In this document: positions 40,514 to 57,576 of the stretch, in pieces
Numbering within the stretch: the stretch's first letter is position 1
How the letters are laid out: the number at the start of each line of letters is the position of its first letter
Assembly: GCA_963700985.1 (NCBI GenBank)
Contig: OY969554.1
Span: forward strand, 160,001-224,000
Origin: an uncultured Chlamydiales bacterium
Lineage (GTDB): Bacteria; Chlamydiota; Chlamydiia; Chlamydiales; Rhabdochlamydiaceae
Reading direction: 5' to 3'
Length of the DNA: 64,000 nt
Notes under the pieces: model-generated
Seen by the model: only the letters and a program-made list of their open reading frames with translations
Told to the model about the DNA's origin: nothing
Database searches by the model: none
Position numbers and translations under genes: made by a program

Positions 40514-41707
40514 GTGTGGATGCAAACGAAAATTCAAGAGATTCAAAAAAGACTGAGCCAACAAAAAATAGATGGCTGGCTACTTTACGATTTTCAACAG
40601 CGCAATGATCTTGCTAGATACATCTTACAAATTCCAGCTGAGCTGCATCTAACGCGTCGCTTTTTTTACTGGATTCCAGCGCAGGGCAAGCCGTGCCTAC
40701 TCGTGCATGAGATTGAATCGACACAATTCAGCCATCTCCCTGGAGATAAGCTGATATATCACTCTTGGCAATCTTTAGAAAAGCAGCTCGCCGTGCTGCT
40801 AAAAGGTGTTACTGCTGTGGCAATGGAATATTCGCCTTTGGGCAAATTGCCTTATGTTTCAAAAATTGATGCGGGAATAGTTGAACTAGTGCGTGCCTCA
40901 GGCGTGCAGGTGGTGAGTTCTGCGCCTTTTCTTCAATATTTTACCTGTGTACTCAATGCAGCGCAGTTAGCAGGTCACCGCGCCTCTGCTAAGATGCTAG
41001 ATCAAATAGCAAAGCAAGTATGGGAACTTCTTTCCTCCGCTTTAAAAAATGGCGAAAAATGGACAGAGTTTGATGTACAGCAGTGGATTCTAGCAGAGTT
41101 CTCCAAGCATGGCTTTATTACCGATAGCGCGCCGCATTGCGCTGTAAATGGTCATAGCGCAGATCCGCATTTTTCCCCTTCGAAAGATGAAAAAAGACCG
41201 ATTCAAGCCGGCGATTTCATTCTGCTAGATTTATGGTGTAAGAAGAATGTGGAAGGTGCTGTTTTTGCAGATATCACTCGCGTGGCTGTAGCTGGTAAAC
41301 CCACGGCGAAACAACAGCAAATTTTTTCACTGGTATTACAGGCACAACAGGCTGCACTCAATCTTATTCGCGAGCGTTTTAGTGAGCGTGAAGAAGTCAA
41401 AGGTTATGAAGTCGATCAGATCTGTCGTGCAGTGATTGAAAAGGCCGGCTTTGGAGCATTTTTCCCGCATCGAACCGGACACAATCTTTTTGAACAGGTG
41501 CATGGGCCAGGAGCCCATCTTGACAGTCTAGAGACATGGGATGAACGTCCTTTAATTGCAGGAAGCTGTTTTACGATTGAGCCGGGAATTTATCTGCCGG
41601 GAGAATTTGGCGTACGTTTAGAAAGTGATGTTTATATTACAAAAGACGGCGCCATCGAAGTCTCAGACGCCATGCAGAAGGAAATAATTAGCTTAGAAAT
41701 TGACTAA
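40514..41707 (+). CDS. M24-family Xaa-Pro aminopeptidase
   Basis: ADPH, DITR, HRTGH, FTIEPGIY and GVRLE motifs. Confidence 0.92.
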   Translation: MWMQTKIQEIQKRLSQQKIDGWLLYDFQQRNDLARYILQIPAELHLTRRFFYWIPAQGKPCLLVHEIESTQFSHLPGDKLIYHSWQSLEKQLAVLLKGVTAVAMEYSPLGKLPYVSKIDAGIVELVRASGVQVVSSAPFLQYFTCVLNAAQLAGHRASAKMLDQIAKQVWELLSSALKNGEKWTEFDVQQWILAEFSKHGFITDSAPHCAVNGHSADPHFSPSKDEKRPIQAGDFILLDLWCKKNVEGAVFADITRVAVAGKPTAKQQQIFSLVLQAQQAALNLIRERFSEREEVKGYEVDQICRAVIEKAGFGAFFPHRTGHNLFEQVHGPGAHLDSLETWDERPLIAGSCFTIEPGIYLPGEFGVRLESDVYITKDGAIEVSDAMQKEIISLEID

Positions 41708-42574
41708 TCACACCTGGGCTGGCTGTGCTCGAAAAAATTCTTGACGAAGATCTTCGTCATGCATTTTCTCTAGCTCTTCTAGAGCAAAACGAGGTTTGCC
41801 ATCAGGATGATTAATCACGACATATTTGCTCGGTTCGTTAAAGTGGTGAGCTAATCCTTGTTTCATCAGTTGGCTTTGAATAGGTATGAAGTTTGATTGA
41901 AAAACTTCCTTAAGTTCCCCAAGAAAAAGAGGATTGAGAATGATCCCACGGAAATAAGCGGCATATGCTTTAGCAGATTGCGCCTCTTCTCGAAGCTGCA
42001 TAATTTGAAGTTGAGCCAGCAGATCGCCTTCTTTTAAAGAAGCTCGTAGCTGTTCTGCTGCTTGCGTATTTTTCGATGAGAGATCTCTCCAAAAACTATA
42101 GCGTGCAATAAGCGGACGCATGCGCTGAATCTCATTCTCTGGGATTCCCTTGATGTTCTTAGCGTCGATCCCAAATGTTGTGAGTTGATTGACTAAATGT
42201 GAGTCATTTTCTGGAACCAAGCTAAGTTTTTCTGCTACGCCCTGTTCAATTAGGGCATGATAACCTTGTTTTGCAGCCAGGCCCTGAAAGTATTCAAAGC
42301 CGCTGTAGGCATAGGGCACCATGGCGTAGATACACACAGTAATTACAGGTAAGTAGATAGGGGTAACCAAACCAGTAAAAATGGTAAGCGCTACGGCGCC
42401 TGTAATATAAGCGACAACGAGTGCATATGAAGTTGCATTCCAGGCTCCCTGCCACCAAGCATAATTTGAATCAGGCAAAAGTTCGACATATCGGTTTAGA
42501 GTAGGAGGAGAAACAGGATCTGCCGCTACCGGGATGGGGAGTGGTGTGCCGTTTGGACCAACTGCCGCTGCCAT
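41708..42574 (-). CDS. hypothetical membrane protein, candidate inclusion membrane (Inc-like) protein
   Basis: Pro/Ala-rich N-terminus, ~40-aa bilobed hydrophobic stretch, then a soluble helical region. Confidence 0.5.
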   Translation of the reverse strand: MAAAVGPNGTPLPIPVAADPVSPPTLNRYVELLPDSNYAWWQGAWNATSYALVVAYITGAVALTIFTGLVTPIYLPVITVCIYAMVPYAYSGFEYFQGLAAKQGYHALIEQGVAEKLSLVPENDSHLVNQLTTFGIDAKNIKGIPENEIQRMRPLIARYSFWRDLSSKNTQAAEQLRASLKEGDLLAQLQIMQLREEAQSAKAYAAYFRGIILNPLFLGELKEVFQSNFIPIQSQLMKQGLAHHFNEPSKYVVINHPDGKPRFALEELEKMHDEDLRQEFFRAQPAQV

Positions 42575-42659
42575 AGAACCTCGATTAGGTTAAGTAATTA
42601 GGGAATAATAATAATAAATTCCAGAATTGATGTAAATTACAGAAGCTAGAGAACGGCGT

Positions 42660-43112
42660 TCAATTAAAATTTTGATTTAGTGTCAAATATTTGATGGATT
42701 CTTTTTTCATGCGCAGATGGATGCTCATGAGTCCATGCGATCGACCGGGAGTTAAAGCAGCTTGTATGCCTAAATCTTCGAGAAAGCGAGGGGGGCAGCC
42801 TATAATAGCCTCTGGAGGCTCATCGTTATATACTGCCGTCAGTAGAGCTACAAGCCCGGCTGAGATCAGTGCATCTGCAGTAGCTTTAAAAATAACTTTT
42901 CTATTTTCAAAGGAAACCTGAAGAAAGACCTGGCTCTGACAGCCAGAAACTAGATTGTCAGGTGTCTTCCATTCTTCAGGGAATACAGGCAGCATTCGGC
43001 CAAGTTCAATCAGCTTCTGATATTTTTCTTCGGGCGATGAGCAAGATAAAAATAATTTTTTTATCTCTTCTTGCTTTCTTAAACAGGAGTGAAAAGTTTC
43101 TAGCATGCTCAT
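42660..43112 (-). CDS. sufE: SufE-family Fe-S sulfur acceptor
   Basis: LIELGR, VSGCQSQV and LTPGR.HGL motifs. Confidence 0.9.
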   Translation of the reverse strand: MSMLETFHSCLRKQEEIKKLFLSCSSPEEKYQKLIELGRMLPVFPEEWKTPDNLVSGCQSQVFLQVSFENRKVIFKATADALISAGLVALLTAVYNDEPPEAIIGCPPRFLEDLGIQAALTPGRSHGLMSIHLRMKKESIKYLTLNQNFN

Positions 43113-43190
43113 ATTATAGCTATAAGATCTATTTGCCAGAAGAGCCAGTTGCAGAAACTCACATAAGTGTGTTGAAATTTTTTTTAACAG

Positions 43191-43292
43191 GATAAGCAGG
43201 ATCGCCGCTGAAGCGCCGGCAGGATGCGGAGGATGAAGAGAGATAGAGTCTTTTATCTTGCTCAGACTGCTAGTGCGGCGGATCCTGTTATT
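43191..43292. ncRNA. candidate structured non-coding RNA (long rod-like hairpin)
   Basis: GCAGGATC-GCCGC pairs with GCGGC-G-GATCCTGT, with further inner stems; GC-rich patch in an AT-rich intergenic region. Confidence 0.35.
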
Positions 43293-43436
43293 ACTCTGAC
43301 ATCATGAGAAATGCTGCTATTAAGGTGTTTTGGAACACTATCAAGCCAAAAATTGGGGAAACTTAAGTTGACAGAAATGGGTGAAATGAGGTTTTATTTT
43401 TGTTAAATCATTCCGAATCAGAGATTTGTTTTTTGT

Positions 43437-43655
43437 ATGCCCAAAGAAGATACTATTAAAATTGATGGCAAGATCGAAGAACTTTTACCAAATATGACCT
43501 TTAGAGTTGTGCTTGAGAATGGCATGAGGGTAATGGCCCATCTATGTGGTAAAATGCGTATGCGGAATATTAGGGTTTTAGTCGGCGACGTAGTTACGGT
43601 GGAGATGTCTCCATATGACCTAACTAAGGCGCGGATTATTTACCGCCAAAAGTAG
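43437..43655 (+). CDS. infA: translation initiation factor IF-1
   Basis: [11 protein letters not shown]...GKMR...[16 protein letters not shown]. Confidence 0.98.
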   Translation: MPKEDTIKIDGKIEELLPNMTFRVVLENGMRVMAHLCGKMRMRNIRVLVGDVVTVEMSPYDLTKARIIYRQK

Positions 43656-43780
43656 CTCTCGGAAAAATTTTTAGGTTCTGACGATATTCGTCTTGATTTA
43701 ATTTTCTTTGCTGACTAATCTTGGTTGCTTTCAATGACAAATTATTGTTTCGCCTTGCTTTAGAATGTTAGGCGAGAGGT

Positions 43781-43852
43781 GCCCAGATAGCTCAGTGGTA
43801 GAGCACTTGCATGGTAAGCAAAAGGTCGTAGGTTCAATTCCTATTCTGGGCA
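43781..43852 (+). tRNA. tRNA-Thr(GGT)
   Basis: GCCCAGA/TCTGGGC acceptor stem, GGT anticodon, GGTTCAATTCC T-arm; directly upstream of tuf. Confidence 0.95.
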
Positions 43853-43910
43853 AGAGAGATTTTTATTCATTCTTTAACTACAGACTGGAGTCCTAACGGA
43901 GGGTGTTATA

Positions 43911-45095
43911 ATGGCAAAAGAACAGTTTCAGAGAAATAAACCACACGTCAATATCGGAACCATTGGTCACGTTGACCACGGCAAAACATCGCTAACTGCT
44001 GCGATCACTAAGGTGTTGGCAGAAGGTGGAAAAGCGAAGTTTCGCGACTACGCATCGATCGATAACACTCCGGAAGAAAAAGCTCGCGGAATTACGATCA
44101 ATGCCAGCCACGTTGAATACGAAACAGATACTCGTCACTATGCTCACGTAGACTGCCCAGGTCACGCCGACTACGTTAAGAACATGATTACTGGTGCTGC
44201 GCAGATGGACGGTGCAATTCTCGTCGTTGCGGCAACAGACGGTGCGATGCCTCAAACAAAAGAACACATCCTCTTGGCTCGCCAAGTGGGCGTTCCTGCA
44301 ATCGTTGTCTTCTTAAACAAGATGGACATGATCGGCAAAGGCGATGAAGAACTTGTTGAGCTCGTAGAAATGGAGCTAACAGAACTCTTAGAATCACGCG
44401 GCTATAAAGATGTACCTATCATCCGCGGATCAGCATTAAAAGCCTTGGAAGGCGATGCTCAGTATGTTGAGGCGATCAAAACCCTCATGAAAACTGTAGA
44501 TGAAAAGATCCCAACTCCTGCTCGTGAAACAGATAAACCTTTCCTTATGCCTATTGAGGACGTTTTCTCTATTTCTGGTCGTGGAACTGTAGCTACAGGT
44601 CGCGTCGAGCGTGGTATTGTTAAAGTGAACGATAAGCTTCAAGTTGTTGGAATCCGCGAGACACGTGATACCGTAGTAACCGGTCTCGAGATGTTTAACA
44701 AAATTCTCGACGAAGCTCGTGCTGGTGAAAACGTTGGAATCCTCCTCCGCGGTCTTGAGAAAAATGATCTCGAGCGTGGAATGGTTCTCGTGGCTCCTGG
44801 CACATGCAAACCGCACACGAAATTTAAAGGCACGATCTACGTTCTAACTAAAGAAGAAGGTGGTCGCCATAAGCCATTCTTTACAGGGTACCGTCCTCAG
44901 TTCTACTTCCGTACAACGGACGTAACTGGAACAGTTACTCTTCCAGAAGGCACAGAGATGGTGATGCCTGGAGATAACGTAGAGCTGATCGGAGAATTGA
45001 TCCATCCGATTGCTATGGAAGAAGGAATGCGTTTTGCTATCCGTGAGGGTGGAAGAACAATTGGTGCTGGTACAGTAACCAAAGTCCTTCAGTAA
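43911..45095 (+). CDS. tuf: elongation factor Tu
   Basis: [20 protein letters not shown] and NKMD motifs. Confidence 0.99.
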   Translation: MAKEQFQRNKPHVNIGTIGHVDHGKTSLTAAITKVLAEGGKAKFRDYASIDNTPEEKARGITINASHVEYETDTRHYAHVDCPGHADYVKNMITGAAQMDGAILVVAATDGAMPQTKEHILLARQVGVPAIVVFLNKMDMIGKGDEELVELVEMELTELLESRGYKDVPIIRGSALKALEGDAQYVEAIKTLMKTVDEKIPTPARETDKPFLMPIEDVFSISGRGTVATGRVERGIVKVNDKLQVVGIRETRDTVVTGLEMFNKILDEARAGENVGILLRGLEKNDLERGMVLVAPGTCKPHTKFKGTIYVLTKEEGGRHKPFFTGYRPQFYFRTTDVTGTVTLPEGTEMVMPGDNVELIGELIHPIAMEEGMRFAIREGGRTIGAGTVTKVLQ

Positions 45096-45104
45096 ATTTT
45101 TAGT

Positions 45105-45160
45105 CTTCTCGTAGTGCTCGTAAGAGTGCTACGAGAAGCAACCTTATAATATAAGGTTGC
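45105..45160 (+). other. two adjacent hairpins between tuf and tRNA-Trp (processing/stability elements)
   Basis: CTTCTCGTAG/CTACGAGAAG and GCAACCTTAT/ATAAGGTTGC 10-bp stems. Confidence 0.55.
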
Positions 45161-45171
45161 GGCGAGCTTGC

Positions 45172-45244
45172 GGGTGCGTAGCTCAGCTGGTAGAGCAGCG
45201 ATCTCCAAAGTCGCTGGTCGGGGGTTCGAATCCCTCCGCACTCG
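45172..45244 (+). tRNA. tRNA-Trp(CCA)
   Basis: GGGTGCG/CGCACTC acceptor stem, CT-CCA-AA anticodon loop, GGTTCGAATCC T-arm; upstream of secE. Confidence 0.95.
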
Positions 45245-45287
45245 TTTTGATTGAGTGAAGATAGCAGTGTTGAATAAGAAGAACCCT

Positions 45288-45539
45288 ATGATTGATGCCA
45301 AGCTTCGAGATACAACAGTTAAGCCTGAAACAAAACGTTTCAGACTTTCCGTAGTTATCCGTGAGTTTAAAGAAGAGCTCAAGAAAGTTAGTTGGACGAC
45401 AAAAGATGAGCTTAAGCTCTTCACTAAGATTGTCGTTACAGCGACCTTTGTCCTTGGGATGGGGATCTACGTTGTAGACCTTCTTATTAAAGGGTGTTTG
45501 CAGCTTATCGGAAACGTAGTTCACTTGATCTTTGGATAG
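45288..45539 (+). CDS. secE: preprotein translocase subunit SecE
   Basis: EELKKVSWT motif followed by one TM helix; synteny. Confidence 0.92.
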   Translation: MIDAKLRDTTVKPETKRFRLSVVIREFKEELKKVSWTTKDELKLFTKIVVTATFVLGMGIYVVDLLIKGCLQLIGNVVHLIFG

Positions 45540-45579
45540 ATAGGTGTCCTAGAGTTAAGGCGTAAAGGGGAAGAGTTGC

Positions 45580-46128
45580 ATGTATAAATGGTATGTCCTC
45601 CAAGTAGTCTCCGGACAAGAAAAGCGTGTAAAGAAAGCGCTTGAGGAGAATCGCGAGACAAAAGGAATGGCTGAATTGGTTCAGGATATTCTTGTTCCTA
45701 CTGAAAATGTCGCTGAAGTAAAAGGCGGACAACAGAAGGTAAGCGAGAAGAAGCTGTGGCCAGGTTATATCCTCGTGAAAATGAATCTCACTGATGATTC
45801 ATGGATGTATGTCAAAAATACCAATGGAGTGCTGGATTTTCTCGGAGGCGAAAAGCCTTCACCTCTAGCGCAACATGAAGTTGATTTGATCCTTCAAGAA
45901 CTTGAAGAGAAAAAGAAAGGCGTTGTGCCTAAGCACAATATTGTGCCTGGTGACAAAGTCAAGATTACAGACGGAGTTTTCGTCAATTTTATCGGCATTG
46001 TTAGCGAAGTCTTTCATGATAAAGGTCGCCTCAGTGTCATGGTCTCTATTTTTGGTAGAGAGACCCGTGTAGATGATTTGGAATTTTGGCAGGTTGAGCA
46101 AGTCCCTGCAGAAACAGAAGTGAGCTAA
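45580..46128 (+). CDS. nusG: transcription factor NusG
   Basis: KWYVLQVVSGQE, PGYILV, KOW motif and SIFGRET. Confidence 0.98.
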   Translation: MYKWYVLQVVSGQEKRVKKALEENRETKGMAELVQDILVPTENVAEVKGGQQKVSEKKLWPGYILVKMNLTDDSWMYVKNTNGVLDFLGGEKPSPLAQHEVDLILQELEEKKKGVVPKHNIVPGDKVKITDGVFVNFIGIVSEVFHDKGRLSVMVSIFGRETRVDDLEFWQVEQVPAETEVS

Positions 46129-46147
46129 ATAGAGTTAGAAGGAATTT

Positions 46148-46576
46148 ATGGCAAAAAAACTCGTAAAAACAATCAAGTTGCAAATCCCTGGCGGAAAAGC
46201 CAACCCAGCTCCTCCTATTGGACCAGCTTTGGGCGGTGCCGGTATCAACATCATGGCATTCTGCAAGGAATTCAATGCTAAGACACAAGATAAAGCAGGT
46301 GATATTCTCCCTGTTGTGATCTCTGTCTATGCAGACAAATCCTTCACTTTTATTACTAAACAACCTCCAGTTTCACGCATGATTTTGAAAGAGTGTGGAA
46401 TTGAGTCGGGTTCTAAGGTTCCTAACCGCGATAAGGTTGGTAAACTGACCAAGACGCAAGTTAGAAAAATTGCTAAGCAAAAATACCAGGACATGCGTGT
46501 CACTTCAGAAGAGGCGGCTATGCAGCTCGTCATGGGGACAGCTCGTTCGATGGGTGTAGACATAGTAGAAGGTTAA
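46148..46576 (+). CDS. rplK: 50S ribosomal protein L11
   Basis: [12 protein letters not shown] and GTARSMG motifs. Confidence 0.99.
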   Translation: MAKKLVKTIKLQIPGGKANPAPPIGPALGGAGINIMAFCKEFNAKTQDKAGDILPVVISVYADKSFTFITKQPPVSRMILKECGIESGSKVPNRDKVGKLTKTQVRKIAKQKYQDMRVTSEEAAMQLVMGTARSMGVDIVEG

Positions 46577-46578
46577 AA

Positions 46579-47277
46579 ATGGCGAACAACAGCAAACGAT
46601 TTAAAGAAATAGTCAAACTCGTGGACGTCGAAAAGACCTACAACCTCGAGTCGGCTTTTGAAGTACTAAAAAAATGTCCTCCAGTGAAATTTGATCAATC
46701 GGTCGAGATTTCATTAAAGACTGGCATTGATATTCGTAAATCTGATCAACAGGTTCGCGGAACAGTTTCATTGCCGAATGGAACGGGTAAAAACGTAGTG
46801 ATCGTTGTGATTGCCCGCGGAGACAAAATTAAAGAAGCACTAGATGCAGGTGCAGACTTTGCCGGTGGCGACGACCTCCTTGAGAAAATCAAGGGTGGAT
46901 GGACCGATTTCGGCGCACTCATTTCAACTCCTGACATGATGCGTGAAGTTGGAAAGCTAGGTAAAGTGCTCGGTCCACGAGGACTGATGCCAACTCCTAA
47001 AGCCGGAACTGTTACAGCTGATGTCGGTAGAGCTGTTACCGAAGCGAAAGCAGGTAAAATCGAGTTTAAGAGTGATAAGCACGGCGTAGTTAATGCGCTC
47101 GTAGGTAAACTCTCGTTCTCGAGTGATAAACTTAAGGAAAACGTGATCGCGCTGTTGTCGGCAATCGTGAGAGCGAAGCCACCAACTGCAAAAGGTCACT
47201 ATCTTAAATCCCTATCGCTTGCCTCAACGATGGGACCTGGTTTGAAGATCGATCTAAATACCATTTCAGAGATTTAA
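46579..47277 (+). CDS. rplA: 50S ribosomal protein L1
   Basis: [16 protein letters not shown] and STMGPG motifs. Confidence 0.99.
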   Translation: MANNSKRFKEIVKLVDVEKTYNLESAFEVLKKCPPVKFDQSVEISLKTGIDIRKSDQQVRGTVSLPNGTGKNVVIVVIARGDKIKEALDAGADFAGGDDLLEKIKGGWTDFGALISTPDMMREVGKLGKVLGPRGLMPTPKAGTVTADVGRAVTEAKAGKIEFKSDKHGVVNALVGKLSFSSDKLKENVIALLSAIVRAKPPTAKGHYLKSLSLASTMGPGLKIDLNTISEI

Positions 47278-47290
47278 GGGCTAAGGCGTT

Positions 47291-47806
47291 ATGAGACCAG
47301 AAAAACAACTGCTTTTGGATGAAATAAAACAAAAAATCGACGGCGCGAAAGCCTTTGTGCTCACGCGCTACATGCGTCTTGAACCTAACGTCTCTGCAAA
47401 TTTTAGGCAGACATTGGGTAAATCAGGCGGAAGTTTTGAAGTCGTGCGCAAGCGGATCTTTATAAAGGCTGCCCAGGCTGCTGGGGTTACTTTAGATGAG
47501 AAGCTTTTAGAAGGGCATATTGGAATCGTATTTGCGGATGCAGATGCAATTCAGACAACAAAGGCTTTCTTTGCGTTTAGCAAAGAGCATGAAAATTTAT
47601 TCCATGTGCTAGGTGGACAGTTTGAAGGACAAATTTGTTCAGCTAAGGATGTGGAGCAAATCTCTAAACTGCCTTCGCAGGACGAGATGCGCGCCCAGCT
47701 GCTTGCTACGCTGGAAGCACCATTAGGTCAAACTCTTGCTGTTATGCAGGCGGTTTTAACAAGTGTCATGTATTGCTTAGATAACAAGAGTCAGAGCAGT
47801 TCATAA
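47291..47806 (+). CDS. rplJ: 50S ribosomal protein L10
   Basis: Synteny; SKLPS.DEMRAQL motif. Confidence 0.95.
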   Translation: MRPEKQLLLDEIKQKIDGAKAFVLTRYMRLEPNVSANFRQTLGKSGGSFEVVRKRIFIKAAQAAGVTLDEKLLEGHIGIVFADADAIQTTKAFFAFSKEHENLFHVLGGQFEGQICSAKDVEQISKLPSQDEMRAQLLATLEAPLGQTLAVMQAVLTSVMYCLDNKSQSSS

Positions 47807-47836
47807 ATTTTTTTTAATCATTAGTGAGGTAAAGTC

Positions 47837-48241
47837 GTGAGTACTCAACATCAAAACATCGAAAAACTCGTAGAAGCACTGAGCGAACTCAGCGTGCTAG
47901 ATATGTCTAAACTTAAAACTGCTTTGGAAGATAAGTGGGGCGTAAAAGCTGCTGCTGCTGCTCCAATGATGGTTGCTGCTGCTGCTCCAGCTGATGCAGG
48001 TGCTGCAAAAGCATCTGAGTCAACTGAGTTTAAAATTACTCTGGAAGAGACACCAGCCGACAAGAAAATCGGCGTTATTAAAATCGTACGCGAAGTAACT
48101 GGCCTCGGACTGAAAGAAGCGAAGGATCTCGTAGACGGCGCTCCTAAAGTCTTGAAAGAATCTTCACCAAAAGCAGAAGCTGACGAAATTGTTAAGAAAG
48201 TCGCAGCTGCTGGCGGAAAAGTAACGCTAAAAGGTCTGTAA
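47837..48241 (+). CDS. rplL: 50S ribosomal protein L7/L12
   Basis: KIGVIKIVREVTGLGLKEAKDLV motif; Ala-rich hinge. Confidence 0.99.
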   Translation: MSTQHQNIEKLVEALSELSVLDMSKLKTALEDKWGVKAAAAAPMMVAAAAPADAGAAKASESTEFKITLEETPADKKIGVIKIVREVTGLGLKEAKDLVDGAPKVLKESSPKAEADEIVKKVAAAGGKVTLKGL

Positions 48242-48265
48242 GCGCGTTTTTGGAATAGCTGATGT

Positions 48266-48295
48266 GTGAGCAGGAGCATTGTGTCTCCTGCTCAC
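48266..48295 (+). promoter_or_regulatory. rplL-rpoB intergenic hairpin (attenuator/processing site)
   Basis: GTGAGCAGGAG/CTCCTGCTCAC 11-bp perfect stem. Confidence 0.6.
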
Positions 48296-48337
48296 TCACG
48301 TATTTAATTTGCTGACGTCACACTAGGAGCCATATCG

Positions 48338-52114
<3,777 letters not shown>

Positions 52115-52141
52115 GCCCGTTTTGTAAATAAAAGTTCAATT

Positions 52142-56332
<4,191 letters not shown>

Positions 56333-56357
56333 TAAGTCTGTCAGTATCGGTGAAAAT

Positions 56358-56388
56358 AAAGCGGCGCAGTTTGCGCCGCTTTTTTTTT
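56358..56388 (+). terminator. Rho-independent terminator of rpoBC
   Basis: GCGGCGCA-gtt-TGCGCCGC followed by T9. Confidence 0.92.
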
Positions 56389-56621
56389 GCCTGGAAGTTT
56401 AAGAGTTTTTAGAAAATCTTTCGATGAAGCCTCTATAATACATGTCGGGGGTTACGAGAGAGACACGCAAGTGCTCTCCTGAACCTCTGACATGTCATCC
56501 GTTAGTAGTGCCTCTCTTCTTTATAAGAATAAAGCGGCTTCGCTTTGTGAAGAACCTCTCTTTGGCTTTATGCTTATTTTCATCAGCGTGTTATGGTTAT
56601 GGGAGTTTTGAGGGCAAGATC

Positions 56622-57548
56622 ATGATAAGGTATATTGCGGGCTTTTTACTTCTAGTTAATAGTGTTTTTGCACAAGGACGAATAGAGATGGCTAATACAG
56701 GGATTATTGAAAGCAGGGGATTTGATCTTGGCTATCGAATAGAAGGGGAGGGACCGAATGCATTAGTGATTGGCAGTTCGATTTATTATCCTCGGGTTTT
56801 TTCCGAAAATCTTCGCCAACACCTCCGGTTGGTTTTTGTTGATATGCGAGCTTTTGCGCCAGCTCCGCGCTTTGAAAATCCTTTAACATTTGGGCTAGAC
56901 CTGTTGGTTGATGACATAGAGCACATGCGTCAAAAGCTTGGGCTTGGACGGGTAATTGTAATTGGTCATTCTGGAAATGCCTTTCTTGCTCTTGAATATG
57001 CAAAAAAATACTCCGAACATGTTTCGCACATTGTGATGATTGGCATGGGGCCTGATTTGAGTGAGGAGAGTAAAGAAGCTGCTGATCAATATTGGCAAGA
57101 GTCGGCTTCTGCAGCTCGAAAAGAGGCCTTGAATAATAGTTTAAAGAAATATCCAGATTTAGAGTACGAGCGAATTCCTTTGAACCAACGTTTCGTTTGG
57201 AATTACATACGTCATACACCCAGGATTTGGTATGATTTTAAGGGGGATACATCCTTCTTGTGGGAAGGGGTTCATGTGAATATGTCGATTTTCGAATATG
57301 TTTGGGGAAACCTTTACAAAGATATCGATATCACAGAGGGATTAGAAACCTTAGATAAACCTGTATTTTTAGCTTTAGGTCGTAATGACTTCATTGTGGC
57401 ACCGCCCAGTTCTTGGGAATTTCTGCGTCCGAAGTTCAAAGATCTTACTATTTGTGTATTTGAAAAAAGTGGGCACTCTCCCTTCTATGAGGAAACTGAT
57501 CTTTTCGATCAGAAGCTTTTAGATTGGCTTTCTTTTCATAGGGAATAG
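56622..57548 (+). CDS. alpha/beta hydrolase (proline iminopeptidase-like); start uncertain
   Basis: GHSGNA nucleophile elbow, GRND acid and SGHSP histidine motifs. Confidence 0.85.
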   Translation: MIRYIAGFLLLVNSVFAQGRIEMANTGIIESRGFDLGYRIEGEGPNALVIGSSIYYPRVFSENLRQHLRLVFVDMRAFAPAPRFENPLTFGLDLLVDDIEHMRQKLGLGRVIVIGHSGNAFLALEYAKKYSEHVSHIVMIGMGPDLSEESKEAADQYWQESASAARKEALNNSLKKYPDLEYERIPLNQRFVWNYIRHTPRIWYDFKGDTSFLWEGVHVNMSIFEYVWGNLYKDIDITEGLETLDKPVFLALGRNDFIVAPPSSWEFLRPKFKDLTICVFEKSGHSPFYEETDLFDQKLLDWLSFHRE

Positions 57549-57576
57549 CGAAATCTTTCTTTAGTTTGCGCGAAAG

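Noticed and set aside
43191-43292. SRP (4.5S) RNA
   Set aside because: The conserved helix-8 motif (CAGG...GGAA...GCAGC) was not found on either strand; kept only as a generic ncRNA candidate.
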